Positions 1 through 8,306 of a DNA stretch of 29,477 nt are shown in pieces (position 1 is the first letter of the stretch; every line of letters starts with the position of its first letter). The position numbers and the translations under genes were made by a program. Source of the DNA: Candidatus Methanomethylophilaceae archaeon (lineage in GTDB: Archaea; Thermoplasmatota; Thermoplasmata; Methanomassiliicoccales; Methanomethylophilaceae); assembly GCA_050944155.1 (NCBI GenBank), contig JBMNQN010000011.1, forward strand, positions 1 to 29,477, given 5' to 3'. Under the pieces are notes generated by a model that searched no databases, was not told where the DNA came from, and saw only the letters and a program-made list of their open reading frames with translations.

Positions 1-100
1 TCCGGGAATCGGATACCGCGCCGTTGAAGGCGCTTGACAGCAGCAGCACGGAAACAAGTGCTACGGCAATCATTGCGGTAATTTTGACGTTTGTTCTCAT
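1..100 (-). CDS. 5' end of a secreted or membrane-anchored protein (runs off the window)
   Basis: Manual translation from ATG at 100: MRTNVKITAMIAVALVSVLLLSSAFNGAVSDSR. Basic N-terminus followed by a hydrophobic stretch, like a signal peptide. Not in the ORF track. Confidence 0.65.
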   Translation of the reverse strand, partial: MRTNVKITAMIAVALVSVLLLSSAFNGAVSDSR

Positions 101-276
101 CGGTCGACAATGTCGAATTTACCGTACCCGATAAATATGTTGCATAAAATACATAGCCACATCCTTCGGAAAAGAGACGGTATGCGCGGAATTACCGTGT
201 TTTCCCCGGAATATATTCCGGAAGGCATGCGAGGCCTTTATAACGGAACTAAACTCTGATTTACTACGGTGATGGG

Positions 277-873
277 ATGGCAAGAAGCGGCAAATCCGTT
301 TTGGCAATAATGGCCGCAGTGGTGATTATCTTTGTGATAATAGCCGGAGCGGCGCACGTAGCGGGCAAAGACGTGAAAGCGGTCCAGTATAATTACGAAG
401 CAACCGGCCTGAAATATACAGACGGGGGCGAGATGTATACTATCGAAGGAGAGGTCGGCGTAATACGTGCCTCGCTGTGGGATAACGAGAAAGCGTTCGC
501 AATTTCGGATGCGTCATATCATGTCTCGGAGACATCCAGCCCGGATTACGATGTGAAAGGACCCTGGAATCTAACAAAATATCCCGAATACAACGAAGTC
601 AGCAGAGTGTTTTTCGAAGATTTCGGCGATTTGGGAATAAAGGAAGTCGAAGAGCACATTTACGAATCGGACGACGTAAAAATAACGGACTATATAGGAA
701 CGGACGACGGAATAGTTTACCGTTCAATCAGGAATTACAAAAATCCCGACGCACTTTCCGACGTCCAATTGAACCTGAAATCTTACGAAGAGATACCTCT
801 CAGCCTGTCGAAGTATTTTCGGAACATGTCAGTCCCAGAATCTTTTGTTCTTGGCATAAAGAATCTCTGCTGA
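277..873 (+). CDS. Hypothetical protein with N-terminal signal/TM helix
   Basis: 198-aa ORF with a hydrophobic N-terminus (VLAIMAAVVIIFVIIAGAA) and an acidic Tyr-rich body. Its 3' end overlaps lhr by 45 nt. Confidence 0.75.
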   Translation: MARSGKSVLAIMAAVVIIFVIIAGAAHVAGKDVKAVQYNYEATGLKYTDGGEMYTIEGEVGVIRASLWDNEKAFAISDASYHVSETSSPDYDVKGPWNLTKYPEYNEVSRVFFEDFGDLGIKEVEEHIYESDDVKITDYIGTDDGIVYRSIRNYKNPDALSDVQLNLKSYEEIPLSLSKYFRNMSVPESFVLGIKNLC

Positions 874-3567
874 CATTACGTCCCTGAGGAAATCGTCCTC
901 GTCGACGTGGATTCCCCGCAGTATACGCGACGCGCTGTCCGGACCGATCCCCCTTCCGGCAAGGACGAATACCGCTCTTTTTCCCTGTTCCCTTACAAGG
1001 TTTGCGTTGCGCGACATCCGCATCGTTTCCTTTTTTTCCAGAGGCGTGAGACGTTTCTGCTTGAGCAGACGTACGTTTTCCCGTTCGTATTCTTTCAAAA
1101 CGGCAATCATCTGTCCTCCGCAGTTGTGGCACACGAATTTTTTGGGAGCGTCTCCGACTCTGAATCTGCGCTGGGAACCGCAGCTGAGGCAGGTGGCGAA
1201 AAGAATCTCGTTCTCAATTCTTTTCTTCATGGCCATGAGAATCGAGTGGTCCGCACGCACCGGCTGCATCAATTCCTTGGATCTGGTTATTCCTTCGAGC
1301 CCTACGGGCGACACCCTTCCGGAAACGATCTCTATTTCTCCGGAAGCCATCATGGAAACGACCTTTTCGGTATTGGGTAGGTCCAAATCGTCCCAGAGGA
1401 CTTTGTTTACCGCTTCGTTGTAAGCGGGCGTTCCCACATGGATGTCGAAAAGTCTGCCGAAGTTGATGAAACGGTGGTCCGCTTCCTTCTCTATTATTCC
1501 GAATTTTTTCGCCACGTAAACGAATCTCCACTTCAGGAACGAAGAGTTGAGTATCGTCTTTCTGCACAGGTCTTCCACGGTGCCGGGGCGTATCAGTCTG
1601 AAAGTGTTTTCCAGATCTTCTCTGGAAATGTTCCGCGGAAGTTCCATAATAATGCGGTACGGGTCGGTGGACATGCCCACGCTCTCTCCGAAACGGGCGG
1701 TGAGCAGCGCCGATACTATTTTGCTGAGAGTTTCGTTGACTTTGGTTCCGAAACAGCAGTTTATGATGGCCAGACGGTCCCCCGTTTCCAGCGTAACGGT
1801 TTTGTCGTCGGGCATACGCTGGCTCTCCTGGGAATCGAAATATCCGGTCAGGGTTTCCGCACACAGTCCGTCTCCGGGATAATCCCCGAAGTTGCGCAGA
1901 CGGCGCATACGGCCGACCTCCATTGCCACTTCGAAGGGAACCGGTATGTCGGACCCGACCCAGGATGGAACCGAACCTATTTCCCTGGCTTCTTCCACCA
2001 GAATTTCGTCCTCTCTCATTTCCACAATGCGCCAGGTCCTTCCTTTGGCGATGAACATGGCATATTCTTCCGCAAAGGTTGCCACGAAACTTTCGTCGAG
2101 GGTTCCGATTACCGCCCTCGTTCCTATGTCCCGGACGAGATAGGTTCTTTCGTCCGGAATCATGGAGATGTTGCTGTAAAAGTAATTCATTCCCTTTCTG
2201 GAACGTCTGAATCCGTTCTCGTCTTCGAATATCATTTTTATCGATTTCAGCTGTTCCAGGACCCCGTCCATTTCGCTGCGTTCAAGGGTGCCGAAGGGAT
2301 ACGCGCGTCTGAAAACCGAGTATGCGGTTTCCCTGTCCGTTCTCCCTCCCATGGTCATGGCAATGAGCTGATTGGCGACTACGGTCAGAGGACATTTTCT
2401 CCCTTCAAAATTTTCTATCTCCCTGTCGTCGCATCTGCGGGCTATAACCATTGCCTCGGCGATTTCGTCGGGCGCCGTGGCCAGTATTCTGGCTCTTATG
2501 ATTTCGCCTATCCGGTGGCCCGCCCTTCCGGCCCTCTGTATCATGCGTGCCACCTGTCTCGGCGAATTGTATTGAATCACCAGATCGGTGCTTCCCACGT
2601 CAATACCCAGTTCCAGGGACGAAGTGCATATGAGCGCCTTGATTTCTCCTTTTTTGAACCCGTCCTCCATTGCAGTGCGGGTGTCTTTCGAAAGGGATCC
2701 GTGGTGCACTTCGATGGAAAAATCAGGGTCCCACAGACGGTATCTCGCCGCCAGCCATTCCGCCGTTTCTCTGGTGTTGACGAAAAACAGCGTCGAACGT
2801 CCCCGTTCTATGGCTTTCCGTCCGTGAACCATAACGCCCAGCATTTCCGGGTCCGTCTGCAGTTTATCCAGAAGAACCGAATCCGTTTCCGGCGCCGGAC
2901 ATTCCACGGTAATGTCGTAATCGCGGTGGGTATCGTGGCGGCACACCGTAACTTTGCGGCCGATCCCGGAAAGATAATTTTTTACTTCGTCCACGTCTCC
3001 TACGGTTGCCGACAGACCTATGCGCTGGAACTCTCCCGCAATCAGAGCAAGACGTTCCAGGGCGACGCTGAGTTGGGCCCCTCTTTCGTTATCCGCAAGT
3101 TCGTGGATTTCGTCAATGATTACCCATTTAACGTTCTTCAGATGCTGTCTCAGTACCTTCCCGGTGAAAAGAACCTGAAGTGTTTCCGGCGTGGTTATGA
3201 GAATCTGCGGCGGTTTTCTGGACTGAGCGTTTCTTTCGCTCTGGGACGTGTCTCCGTGTCTCACTCCCGCGGAGATTCCGGCGGCGGCGCTGTACTCCTC
3301 GATTCTTTTGAGCATGTCCCGGTTCAGGGCGCGCAGCGGCGTGATGTAAAGGCATCTGAAGCCTTTTCCGTCCTTTTCGCGGATGAGACTGTTGAGGACC
3401 GGGAGTATGGCCGCTTCGGTTTTGCCTATGCCTGTGGGCGCCACCAGGAGAACGTTCAGACCCGCCGCTATTTTGGGTATGGCGTCCGCCTGAGGTTCGG
3501 TGGGTTCGGTAATGCCCCTTGCCCGGAGAGCCTCTCTGAGTTCGGGACTCAGCGTGTCAAAGGGCAT
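829..3567 (-). CDS. lhr: Lhr-family SF2 ATP-dependent helicase
   Basis: APTGIGKT (Walker A), YITPLRALNRD, ITTPETL, DEIH, GLSAT, HHGSLS, TSSLELGID, QRAGRAGH, SMIPD; C-terminal CxxC..CxxC Zn finger. Confidence 0.95.
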   Translation of the reverse strand: MPFDTLSPELREALRARGITEPTEPQADAIPKIAAGLNVLLVAPTGIGKTEAAILPVLNSLIREKDGKGFRCLYITPLRALNRDMLKRIEEYSAAAGISAGVRHGDTSQSERNAQSRKPPQILITTPETLQVLFTGKVLRQHLKNVKWVIIDEIHELADNERGAQLSVALERLALIAGEFQRIGLSATVGDVDEVKNYLSGIGRKVTVCRHDTHRDYDITVECPAPETDSVLLDKLQTDPEMLGVMVHGRKAIERGRSTLFFVNTRETAEWLAARYRLWDPDFSIEVHHGSLSKDTRTAMEDGFKKGEIKALICTSSLELGIDVGSTDLVIQYNSPRQVARMIQRAGRAGHRIGEIIRARILATAPDEIAEAMVIARRCDDREIENFEGRKCPLTVVANQLIAMTMGGRTDRETAYSVFRRAYPFGTLERSEMDGVLEQLKSIKMIFEDENGFRRSRKGMNYFYSNISMIPDERTYLVRDIGTRAVIGTLDESFVATFAEEYAMFIAKGRTWRIVEMREDEILVEEAREIGSVPSWVGSDIPVPFEVAMEVGRMRRLRNFGDYPGDGLCAETLTGYFDSQESQRMPDDKTVTLETGDRLAIINCCFGTKVNETLSKIVSALLTARFGESVGMSTDPYRIIMELPRNISREDLENTFRLIRPGTVEDLCRKTILNSSFLKWRFVYVAKKFGIIEKEADHRFINFGRLFDIHVGTPAYNEAVNKVLWDDLDLPNTEKVVSMMASGEIEIVSGRVSPVGLEGITRSKELMQPVRADHSILMAMKKRIENEILFATCLSCGSQRRFRVGDAPKKFVCHNCGGQMIAVLKEYERENVRLLKQKRLTPLEKKETMRMSRNANLVREQGKRAVFVLAGRGIGPDSASRILRGIHVDEDDFLRDVMSAEILYAKNKRFWD

Positions 3568-3585
3568 TTTTCCGCCTTAGCGGGT

Positions 3586-5334
3586 TCACCGTTTTTTCTT
3601 CTTCTTTTTGGCGCTCTTGAGGTTTTCTCTTACGGCGTCGTTGATCTCTTCTCCCTGTTCCAGACCGTCGGTGATGTCTTCCTCGTCGTATCTGAGAACA
3701 GTCCATCCTTCGGATCTCAGAACGCTGTCGAGAGTGCGGTCGGAACCTCTGGGCTCGACGAACACGGCAACTTTTCCTCTGACGAAAGCAACGGGTATCT
3801 TGTGGGGGCCGTAGTCTCTTCTGCATCTGAGTCCCTTGTTCCACGCGGCCCTTCTGACAAGCGCTTCGGGGGAGTTGTCGGTGTAGTCGTCGATGTAGGT
3901 TTCTTCGGGAACCGCGGCCTCTTCGGGGACGTAGGATTCCTCTTCATCGGAGAAGTCGATGACTTCGACGGGTTTTATAATCTCTTCGGGAGCTTCGGTC
4001 TTGACAACTTCCTTGGGAGTCTCCTCGACCTTTGCAACCTCTTTCGGTGTCGCCTTGACAACATCCTTGGGGACTTCCTCTGCAGCCTTCGGAGCCGACT
4101 TTTCGGCTTTGACGGCTTCCTTCTCTTCAACCTTGGGTGCGGTTACCTGCAGAAGAACCTCCGAAAGGTCCATGATTTTGATTTTAGATCCGGCCTTCTT
4201 GGCTCCGGCCCTCAGGTTGAGAACACAGAAGGGACAGCAGGTGATTATCACCTCGGCGCCGACTTCTTCGGCGTCTGCGATTCTTTCGGTTGCGACGTCC
4301 ACGGCGTAGTTGCCGTACTGACTCTTGTAACCTCCGCCTGCGCCGCAGCATCTGGAAAGTTCTCTGGAACGATGCATTTCGACGAAGTCGATTCCTTTGA
4401 TTTTCTTAATCACGTTCCTGGGAGCGTCGAAAACTCCGGCGTGCCTTCCGAGGTGGCACGGGTCGTGATAAGTGGCTCTGACTTTGAATTCGTTGTTGAG
4501 AGGAATTTTCCTTTCGGAAATGAGTTTTTCCACGTACTGCGAAAAGTGGTAGACGTTCTGTCCGGATTTTGCGTAATACCTTCCCGCGTCGTGGCTGATG
4601 GTCTTGTAGCATCCGGAACAGGTCATGACCATGTCTTTTGCGCCGGTACCGTCGGCGGTTTCGACGGTATGCTTGGAGAATTCAAGGGAAAGGGTGTCGT
4701 CTCCGGTTCTTATGAGGGGCGAAGTGCAGCACCATTCGTCGGCGCCCAGGGAACTTACGCTCACTCCGGCACGGGAGAGCACTGTGACTCCGGCACGGGC
4801 AATGTCCTGCATTCTGTAGGATCCCGTGCATCCGGCGAAGAATATGACTTCGGGAAGTTCGGCCATTTCCACGTCTTTGGGCCACCAGGCCGTCCTTTCG
4901 GATTCGGGTTCTTTGTAAGGGTTATGGTGGGATTCGATGCTGCTGCGCATCGCTTTGTGGGCGGACATGGGGCCGTATCCGTTTTTGACGAGCCATGTTC
5001 TCACTTTCTCCCAGAATTCTACCAGGTGGATTTTGGAGTGGCACACGGCTTCGCAGTTTCCGCATCCTGTGCATTTGTACATGGCGTCGACGAATTCGGG
5101 ACTTAAGGTAACATTTCTGCCGAGCAGTTTGTCCATGGCTCCCGTTCCGACCTTGTCCAGCTGGTTCAGGTAGTATATTTTCCCTCTGGGTGTTACAGAC
5201 TCCCAGGGAGTCTGGGCATGGGCTTCGCACACGTCTATACAGTAGCCGCACTGAACGCACTGGTTCATTTCCCTCTGGATACGCGGCAGTTTTGGCATTT
5301 TCGGCGCGTCCGCCTTGACAGTTATCTTTACCAT
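3586..5334 (-). CDS. hdrD: HdrD-like Fe-S oxidoreductase (2x[4Fe-4S] + 2 CCG domains) with charged linker and C-terminal Vsr/DUF559-like domain
   Basis: CVQCGYCIDVC and CTGCGNCEAVC; CCG domains (FAGC..WCCT..CSGC and YHDPCHLGR..CCGAGGG..CCPFC). Start moved to ATG 5334, which has GAGG upstream. GlpC/LutA-like relatives share these motifs, so the symbol is tentative. Confidence 0.8.
   Translation of the reverse strand: MVKITVKADAPKMPKLPRIQREMNQCVQCGYCIDVCEAHAQTPWESVTPRGKIYYLNQLDKVGTGAMDKLLGRNVTLSPEFVDAMYKCTGCGNCEAVCHSKIHLVEFWEKVRTWLVKNGYGPMSAHKAMRSSIESHHNPYKEPESERTAWWPKDVEMAELPEVIFFAGCTGSYRMQDIARAGVTVLSRAGVSVSSLGADEWCCTSPLIRTGDDTLSLEFSKHTVETADGTGAKDMVMTCSGCYKTISHDAGRYYAKSGQNVYHFSQYVEKLISERKIPLNNEFKVRATYHDPCHLGRHAGVFDAPRNVIKKIKGIDFVEMHRSRELSRCCGAGGGYKSQYGNYAVDVATERIADAEEVGAEVIITCCPFCVLNLRAGAKKAGSKIKIMDLSEVLLQVTAPKVEEKEAVKAEKSAPKAAEEVPKDVVKATPKEVAKVEETPKEVVKTEAPEEIIKPVEVIDFSDEEESYVPEEAAVPEETYIDDYTDNSPEALVRRAAWNKGLRCRRDYGPHKIPVAFVRGKVAVFVEPRGSDRTLDSVLRSEGWTVLRYDEEDITDGLEQGEEINDAVRENLKSAKKKKKKR
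3990..4080 (-). repeat. Imperfect coding tandem repeat in the HdrD linker (PK[DE]V[VA]K x3)
   Basis: Protein VPKDVVKATPKEVAKVEETPKEVVKTEAPEE; DNA copies cttgacaacttccttggg and cttgacaacatccttggg. Confidence 0.6.
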
Positions 5335-5395
5335 TTTCTTTCCTCGGAAAAGACCGTCGGTACGGTCCCGTTTTGGAAGGCAGACCAATTTGCTT

Positions 5396-5404
5396 CTATA
5401 TTAA
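5396..5404 (-). promoter_or_regulatory. Putative TATA box for hdrD-lhr
   Basis: TTAATATA on the minus strand about 60 nt upstream of ATG 5334. Confidence 0.5.
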
Positions 5405-5435
5405 GGCTTTCAGAAATGCGGCCGCACCCGCACGG

Positions 5436-5463
5436 AAAAAGCCGAAAAAGTGGGCGAAAAAAA
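5436..5463 (-). terminator. Oligo-T terminator downstream of the tRNA pair
   Basis: Three T-tracts (T7, T5, T5) on the minus strand about 35-65 nt after tRNA-Ile. Confidence 0.5.
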
Positions 5464-5499
5464 CACAATGGCACATTGGGCATTTTTGAATGTAATAAA

Positions 5500-5576
5500 T
5501 GGTGGGCCCGGCCGGATTTGAACCGACGACCATCCGGTTATGAGCCGGACGCTCAACCAGACTAAGCTACGAGCCC
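5500..5576 (-). tRNA. tRNA-Ile2 (CAU anticodon, expected to be agmatidine-modified), CCA encoded
   Basis: GGGCTCG acceptor, TCCGG-CT-CAT-AA-CCGGA anticodon arm, GGTTCAAATCC T arm, ACCA end. G1-C72/G2-C71 fits archaeal Ile2 rather than Met. Confidence 0.88.
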
Positions 5577-5625
5577 GCGGAGTACGGTTAGAAACGTCGG
5601 ACATAAAAAACTATCGTGAGAAGAG

Positions 5626-5701
5626 TGGCGCCGTCGCACGGGCTTGAACCGTGGACCTTGTGATTAACAGTCACACGCTCTACCGACTGAGCTACGACGG
5701 C
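5626..5701 (-). tRNA. tRNA-Asn (GUU), CCA encoded
   Basis: GCCGTCG/CGACGGC acceptor, TGTGA-CT-GTT-AA-TCACA anticodon arm, G73, CCA. Confidence 0.97.
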
Positions 5702-5735
5702 CTGTTTTGTGCAAAGATGGACGGATATTAAAGCG

Positions 5736-6050
5736 TTACTGCGATATGCGCGAGCGGACTTCCTCGATTCTGTTTATCAGACTTTCCAGGTACTGCGATA
5801 TGCTTTCCACAAACTCTTCGTATTTTTCGGAGATCACGGCCCCCTCGGGGGTTGCGATGATGACGCCCTCTCTTTCGAGGACTCTGAGAGAATATCTTAC
5901 CTTGTGTTTCGGAAGGTTCAGAATTTCGGAAAGACGGATAATGCCTACAGGCTGATTTTCCAGAGTGGCGCGGAGCAAATCTATGTGGCGCTCTATGAGC
6001 TCTATCTCTTCGTAAGCGCCGCTGGTTAGATTGTATTCTTTACCCGTGAT
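5736..6050 (-). CDS. Small winged-helix transcriptional regulator (archaeal, about 100 aa)
   Basis: EIELIERHIDLLRATLENQPVGIIRLSEILNLPKHKVRYSLRVLEREGVI is HTH-like. The frame is open upstream of the track's TTG (5978). Start tentatively ATC 6050. Confidence 0.75.
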   Translation of the reverse strand: MTGKEYNLTSGAYEEIELIERHIDLLRATLENQPVGIIRLSEILNLPKHKVRYSLRVLEREGVIIATPEGAVISEKYEEFVESISQYLESLINRIEEVRSRISQ

Positions 6051-6080
6051 ATCGCCCCCGGGCAGCTTTCGGAGCCGCGA

Positions 6081-6254
6081 TCAGCGGCCGTACCATTTCA
6101 GCTTGTCGCCCCATCTCGAGTAATACTTCCAGTAAGCCTGGATGAACGAACCGCAGCAGTCGAGGGCCTTTTGTTCGGCGTCGGCTCCTTTGTAGGTTTT
6201 GTAGCACATAAGGCACTGGAATCTGAGTTCAGGCTCCTTCTTTTTTCTGGCCAT
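6081..6254 (-). CDS. 57-aa small protein, putative Zn-binding (CxxC...CC)
   Basis: MARKKKEPELRFQCLMCYKTYKGADAEQKALDCCGSFIQAYWKYYSRWGDKLKWYGR; TATA-like box about 24 nt upstream of ATG 6254. Confidence 0.7.
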   Translation of the reverse strand: MARKKKEPELRFQCLMCYKTYKGADAEQKALDCCGSFIQAYWKYYSRWGDKLKWYGR

Positions 6255-6277
6255 TACGCCGATAAGCGTCGGACACG

Positions 6278-6290
6278 TAAATAAAACTTT
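6278..6290 (-). promoter_or_regulatory. BRE/TATA for a leaderless transcript of the small protein
   Basis: AAAGTTTTATTTA ending about 24 nt before the ATG. Confidence 0.6.
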
Positions 6291-6403
6291 AGGGGAATCA
6301 GTTTTTCGCAGAAGGACCGTTTTCAAAGTGCCAGTACAGGGATTGCGAAAGCGGAGCTTTATTCATGGCAAATTCGCGGTTTCGGTACGGGCAGCACGAA
6401 ATA

Positions 6404-6412
6404 CTATTATAT
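6404..6412 (+). promoter_or_regulatory. TATA box for regulator-trm56-HD operon (leaderless)
   Basis: TATTATAT about 24 nt upstream of ATG 6436. Confidence 0.6.
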
Positions 6413-6435
6413 CCGCATAATGTTGTCACGGGGTC

Positions 6436-6936
6436 ATGAATAAAATCAAGGTTATCAACGAACCGTCGGAACTCGTGCCGATGCTCAGGTCCGTTGACAC
6501 CCCCATAAAAAGGGAGGTGCTGAAGGAAGTGACCTTGGAATGGAGAACGGCGGCACAAATCGAAGAGAAATACGGCCCGGAAGGCAGAGATGCCCTGGCA
6601 TTCTTCGAAAAAATGAAGCTGGTGGAGACCAGATGGCTGTCCACCGGCGGCAGCTACCCTGAGAAATCCTACCACACCTATTACACGTCCTTCAACATCA
6701 ATGCCCAGTGGCCCGTATACGAGATAAGCGACGTATTAGCGGCGGCCATGATGGACGACAAAGAATTCTCCGAAATCGAGGACAAAATCCTTGCGGAACT
6801 CGGAACTTCCGGAAGATTTTCCGGAGATGTGGCGGAGGCGCTCGGCCTTACGTCCACGATGCTGAAGAGTCTGGTGAGAAGGTCCGTAAAGATGGATTAC
6901 CGCGGGCACAGAATAGAACCCATCCGCGAAGCATGA
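6436..6936 (+). CDS. ArsR-like archaeal HTH transcriptional regulator
   Basis: VINEPSELVPML..W-T..IEEKYG..AL.FFEKMKLVETRW..PEKSYHTYY pattern, plus a C-terminal HTH (DVAEALGLTSTMLKSLVRRS). Confidence 0.75.
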   Translation: MNKIKVINEPSELVPMLRSVDTPIKREVLKEVTLEWRTAAQIEEKYGPEGRDALAFFEKMKLVETRWLSTGGSYPEKSYHTYYTSFNINAQWPVYEISDVLAAAMMDDKEFSEIEDKILAELGTSGRFSGDVAEALGLTSTMLKSLVRRSVKMDYRGHRIEPIREA

Positions 6937-6939
6937 TTC

Positions 6940-7461
6940 ATGTCTGACATACGGATTATGAGGATCGGTCACAGGCCGGAAAGGGACAAGAGAGTCACGA
7001 CACACGTGGCACTGTGTTCGAGAGCGCTCGGCGCTAAGGAAGTTTTCGTTGATACCTACGATCCGAAACTCGAGGAAAACATACACAGCGTAAGCGAAAA
7101 CTTCGGCGGTGATTTCTCCGTGAAAACCGGAGTTAAGTGGCAGGACGCCGTGAAAGAATTCGACGGAAAAGTTGTTCATCTCACAATGTACGGCCGCAGA
7201 CTGGACGAAGCCCTTCCGGAGATCCCGAAGGACGAGGACATCATGATAATAGTGGGCGCCGAAAAGGTGCCTCCCGAAGTGTACCAGCGTGCGGATTTCA
7301 ACGTTTCGGTGGGAAACCAGCCCCATTCGGAGATAGCCGCCCTGGCAATCTTCCTGTATCTTTACACGGGGGGAGAAACTCTGTACGCCGACAAAGGCGG
7401 AAGAATGACCGTTATACCCAACGAAAGGGGGAAGACCGTTGTCGAAAACATACCCAGATGA
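6940..7461 (+). CDS. trm56: tRNA (cytidine(56)-2'-O)-methyltransferase
   Basis: RIGHRPERDKRVTTHVAL, VHLTMYG, VGAEKVP, NVSVGNQPHSEIAALAIFL. Confidence 0.96.
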   Translation: MSDIRIMRIGHRPERDKRVTTHVALCSRALGAKEVFVDTYDPKLEENIHSVSENFGGDFSVKTGVKWQDAVKEFDGKVVHLTMYGRRLDEALPEIPKDEDIMIIVGAEKVPPEVYQRADFNVSVGNQPHSEIAALAIFLYLYTGGETLYADKGGRMTVIPNERGKTVVENIPR

Positions 7462-8023
7462 AAAAGAATGCATTTCGATGCTGAAGGCGGCGGGCTGTTC
7501 CCGCAGAGTCATAATCCACTGCCGTACCGTGTGTGCGGTCGCCGACGCAATCGCTTCCTCGATACCGGAAGCGGATCCGCATTTGGTTTCGGCGGGAGCC
7601 CTGCTTCACGACATAGGCCGTTCCGCCGACCATTCGATGACCCACGCAATAGTGGGAGCAGGAATTGCGGAAAAGATGGGCGTTCCCCCGGAAGTATGCG
7701 AAATAATAAAGAGACACACGGGGGCGGGACTGGACGAAGACGACATACGCGAATTCATGCTTCCTCCCGGAGACTATATGCCGAGAACAATAGAGCAGAA
7801 AATCGTGTGCCAGGCGGACAATATGGTGAGCGACAGCAGAGTCATCAGCCACCGCCGTTCCGAGGACCGTCTGCGGGGAAGGGGATTCGCGGCGGGCGCC
7901 GACCGAATAGCCGCACTCCACAGCGAACTCTCCGAAAAGGCCGGTTACGATCTGGACCTCGTGATCAACAAGGTGGGGGAGTTTCCGGTCGGGGAGACGA
8001 GACGCGGCCGGGGAAAGTTTTGA
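7439..8023 (+). CDS. HD(IG)-domain metal-dependent phosphohydrolase
   Basis: H..V, GALLHDIGRS, HAIVGA, IIKRHTGAG, P.TIEQKIVCQADN. TTG start with GGGGG upstream; overlaps trm56 by 23 nt. Confidence 0.88.
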   Translation: MSKTYPDEKECISMLKAAGCSRRVIIHCRTVCAVADAIASSIPEADPHLVSAGALLHDIGRSADHSMTHAIVGAGIAEKMGVPPEVCEIIKRHTGAGLDEDDIREFMLPPGDYMPRTIEQKIVCQADNMVSDSRVISHRRSEDRLRGRGFAAGADRIAALHSELSEKAGYDLDLVINKVGEFPVGETRRGRGKF

Positions 8024-8243
8024 GTACGATTACGTCTCCGATTCCTCTGACCCACGAGAAAGGCACGGATATTGCCACTCCCTCGTCCACAAGCGCCGGA
8101 TTGCACCGGTCGACGTAAATTCCGCTGACTCTCATTTCCGGAAGATTTACGATAAGTTCGTCCGCCACCCCGACCAACAGACCTTCCGGCGTGTAAATCT
8201 CCAAACCTTTGATGTTTGACAGCGTTTCGAGCATCCCTATCAT
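7965..8243 (-). CDS. PRC-barrel domain protein
   Basis: LSNIKGLEIYTPEGLLVGVADELIVN..ISVPFSWVRGIGDVIVLK. Start is 8243 or 8234. Confidence 0.88.
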   Translation of the reverse strand: MIGMLETLSNIKGLEIYTPEGLLVGVADELIVNLPEMRVSGIYVDRCNPALVDEGVAISVPFSWVRGIGDVIVLKTFPGRVSSPRPETPPPC

Positions 8244-8306
8244 ATAACCGTTAAAACTGCTAGTTATTTATCCGTACCGAACAATGCACCGCCGGAGACC
8301 AAAGAC

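Noticed and set aside
1438-5106. 1222-aa plus-strand ORF
   Set aside because: Antisense shadow of lhr and hdrD with no recognisable motifs; explained by scarce TTA/CTA/TCA codons in the real genes.
5500-5576. tRNA-Met call for the CAU tRNA
   Set aside because: No A1-U72 or GGG/CCC anticodon stem of an initiator, and G2-C71 favours Ile2 over elongator Met.
5400-5740. Integrated element at the tRNA genes
   Set aside because: No integrase or duplicated tRNA 3' end seen, and the flanking genes are housekeeping.
5736-6254. TGA readthrough (selenocysteine) fusing the microprotein to the in-frame wHTH gene
   Set aside because: Being in frame has a 1-in-3 chance; no SECIS was recognised; the downstream gene has its own SD-like sequence.
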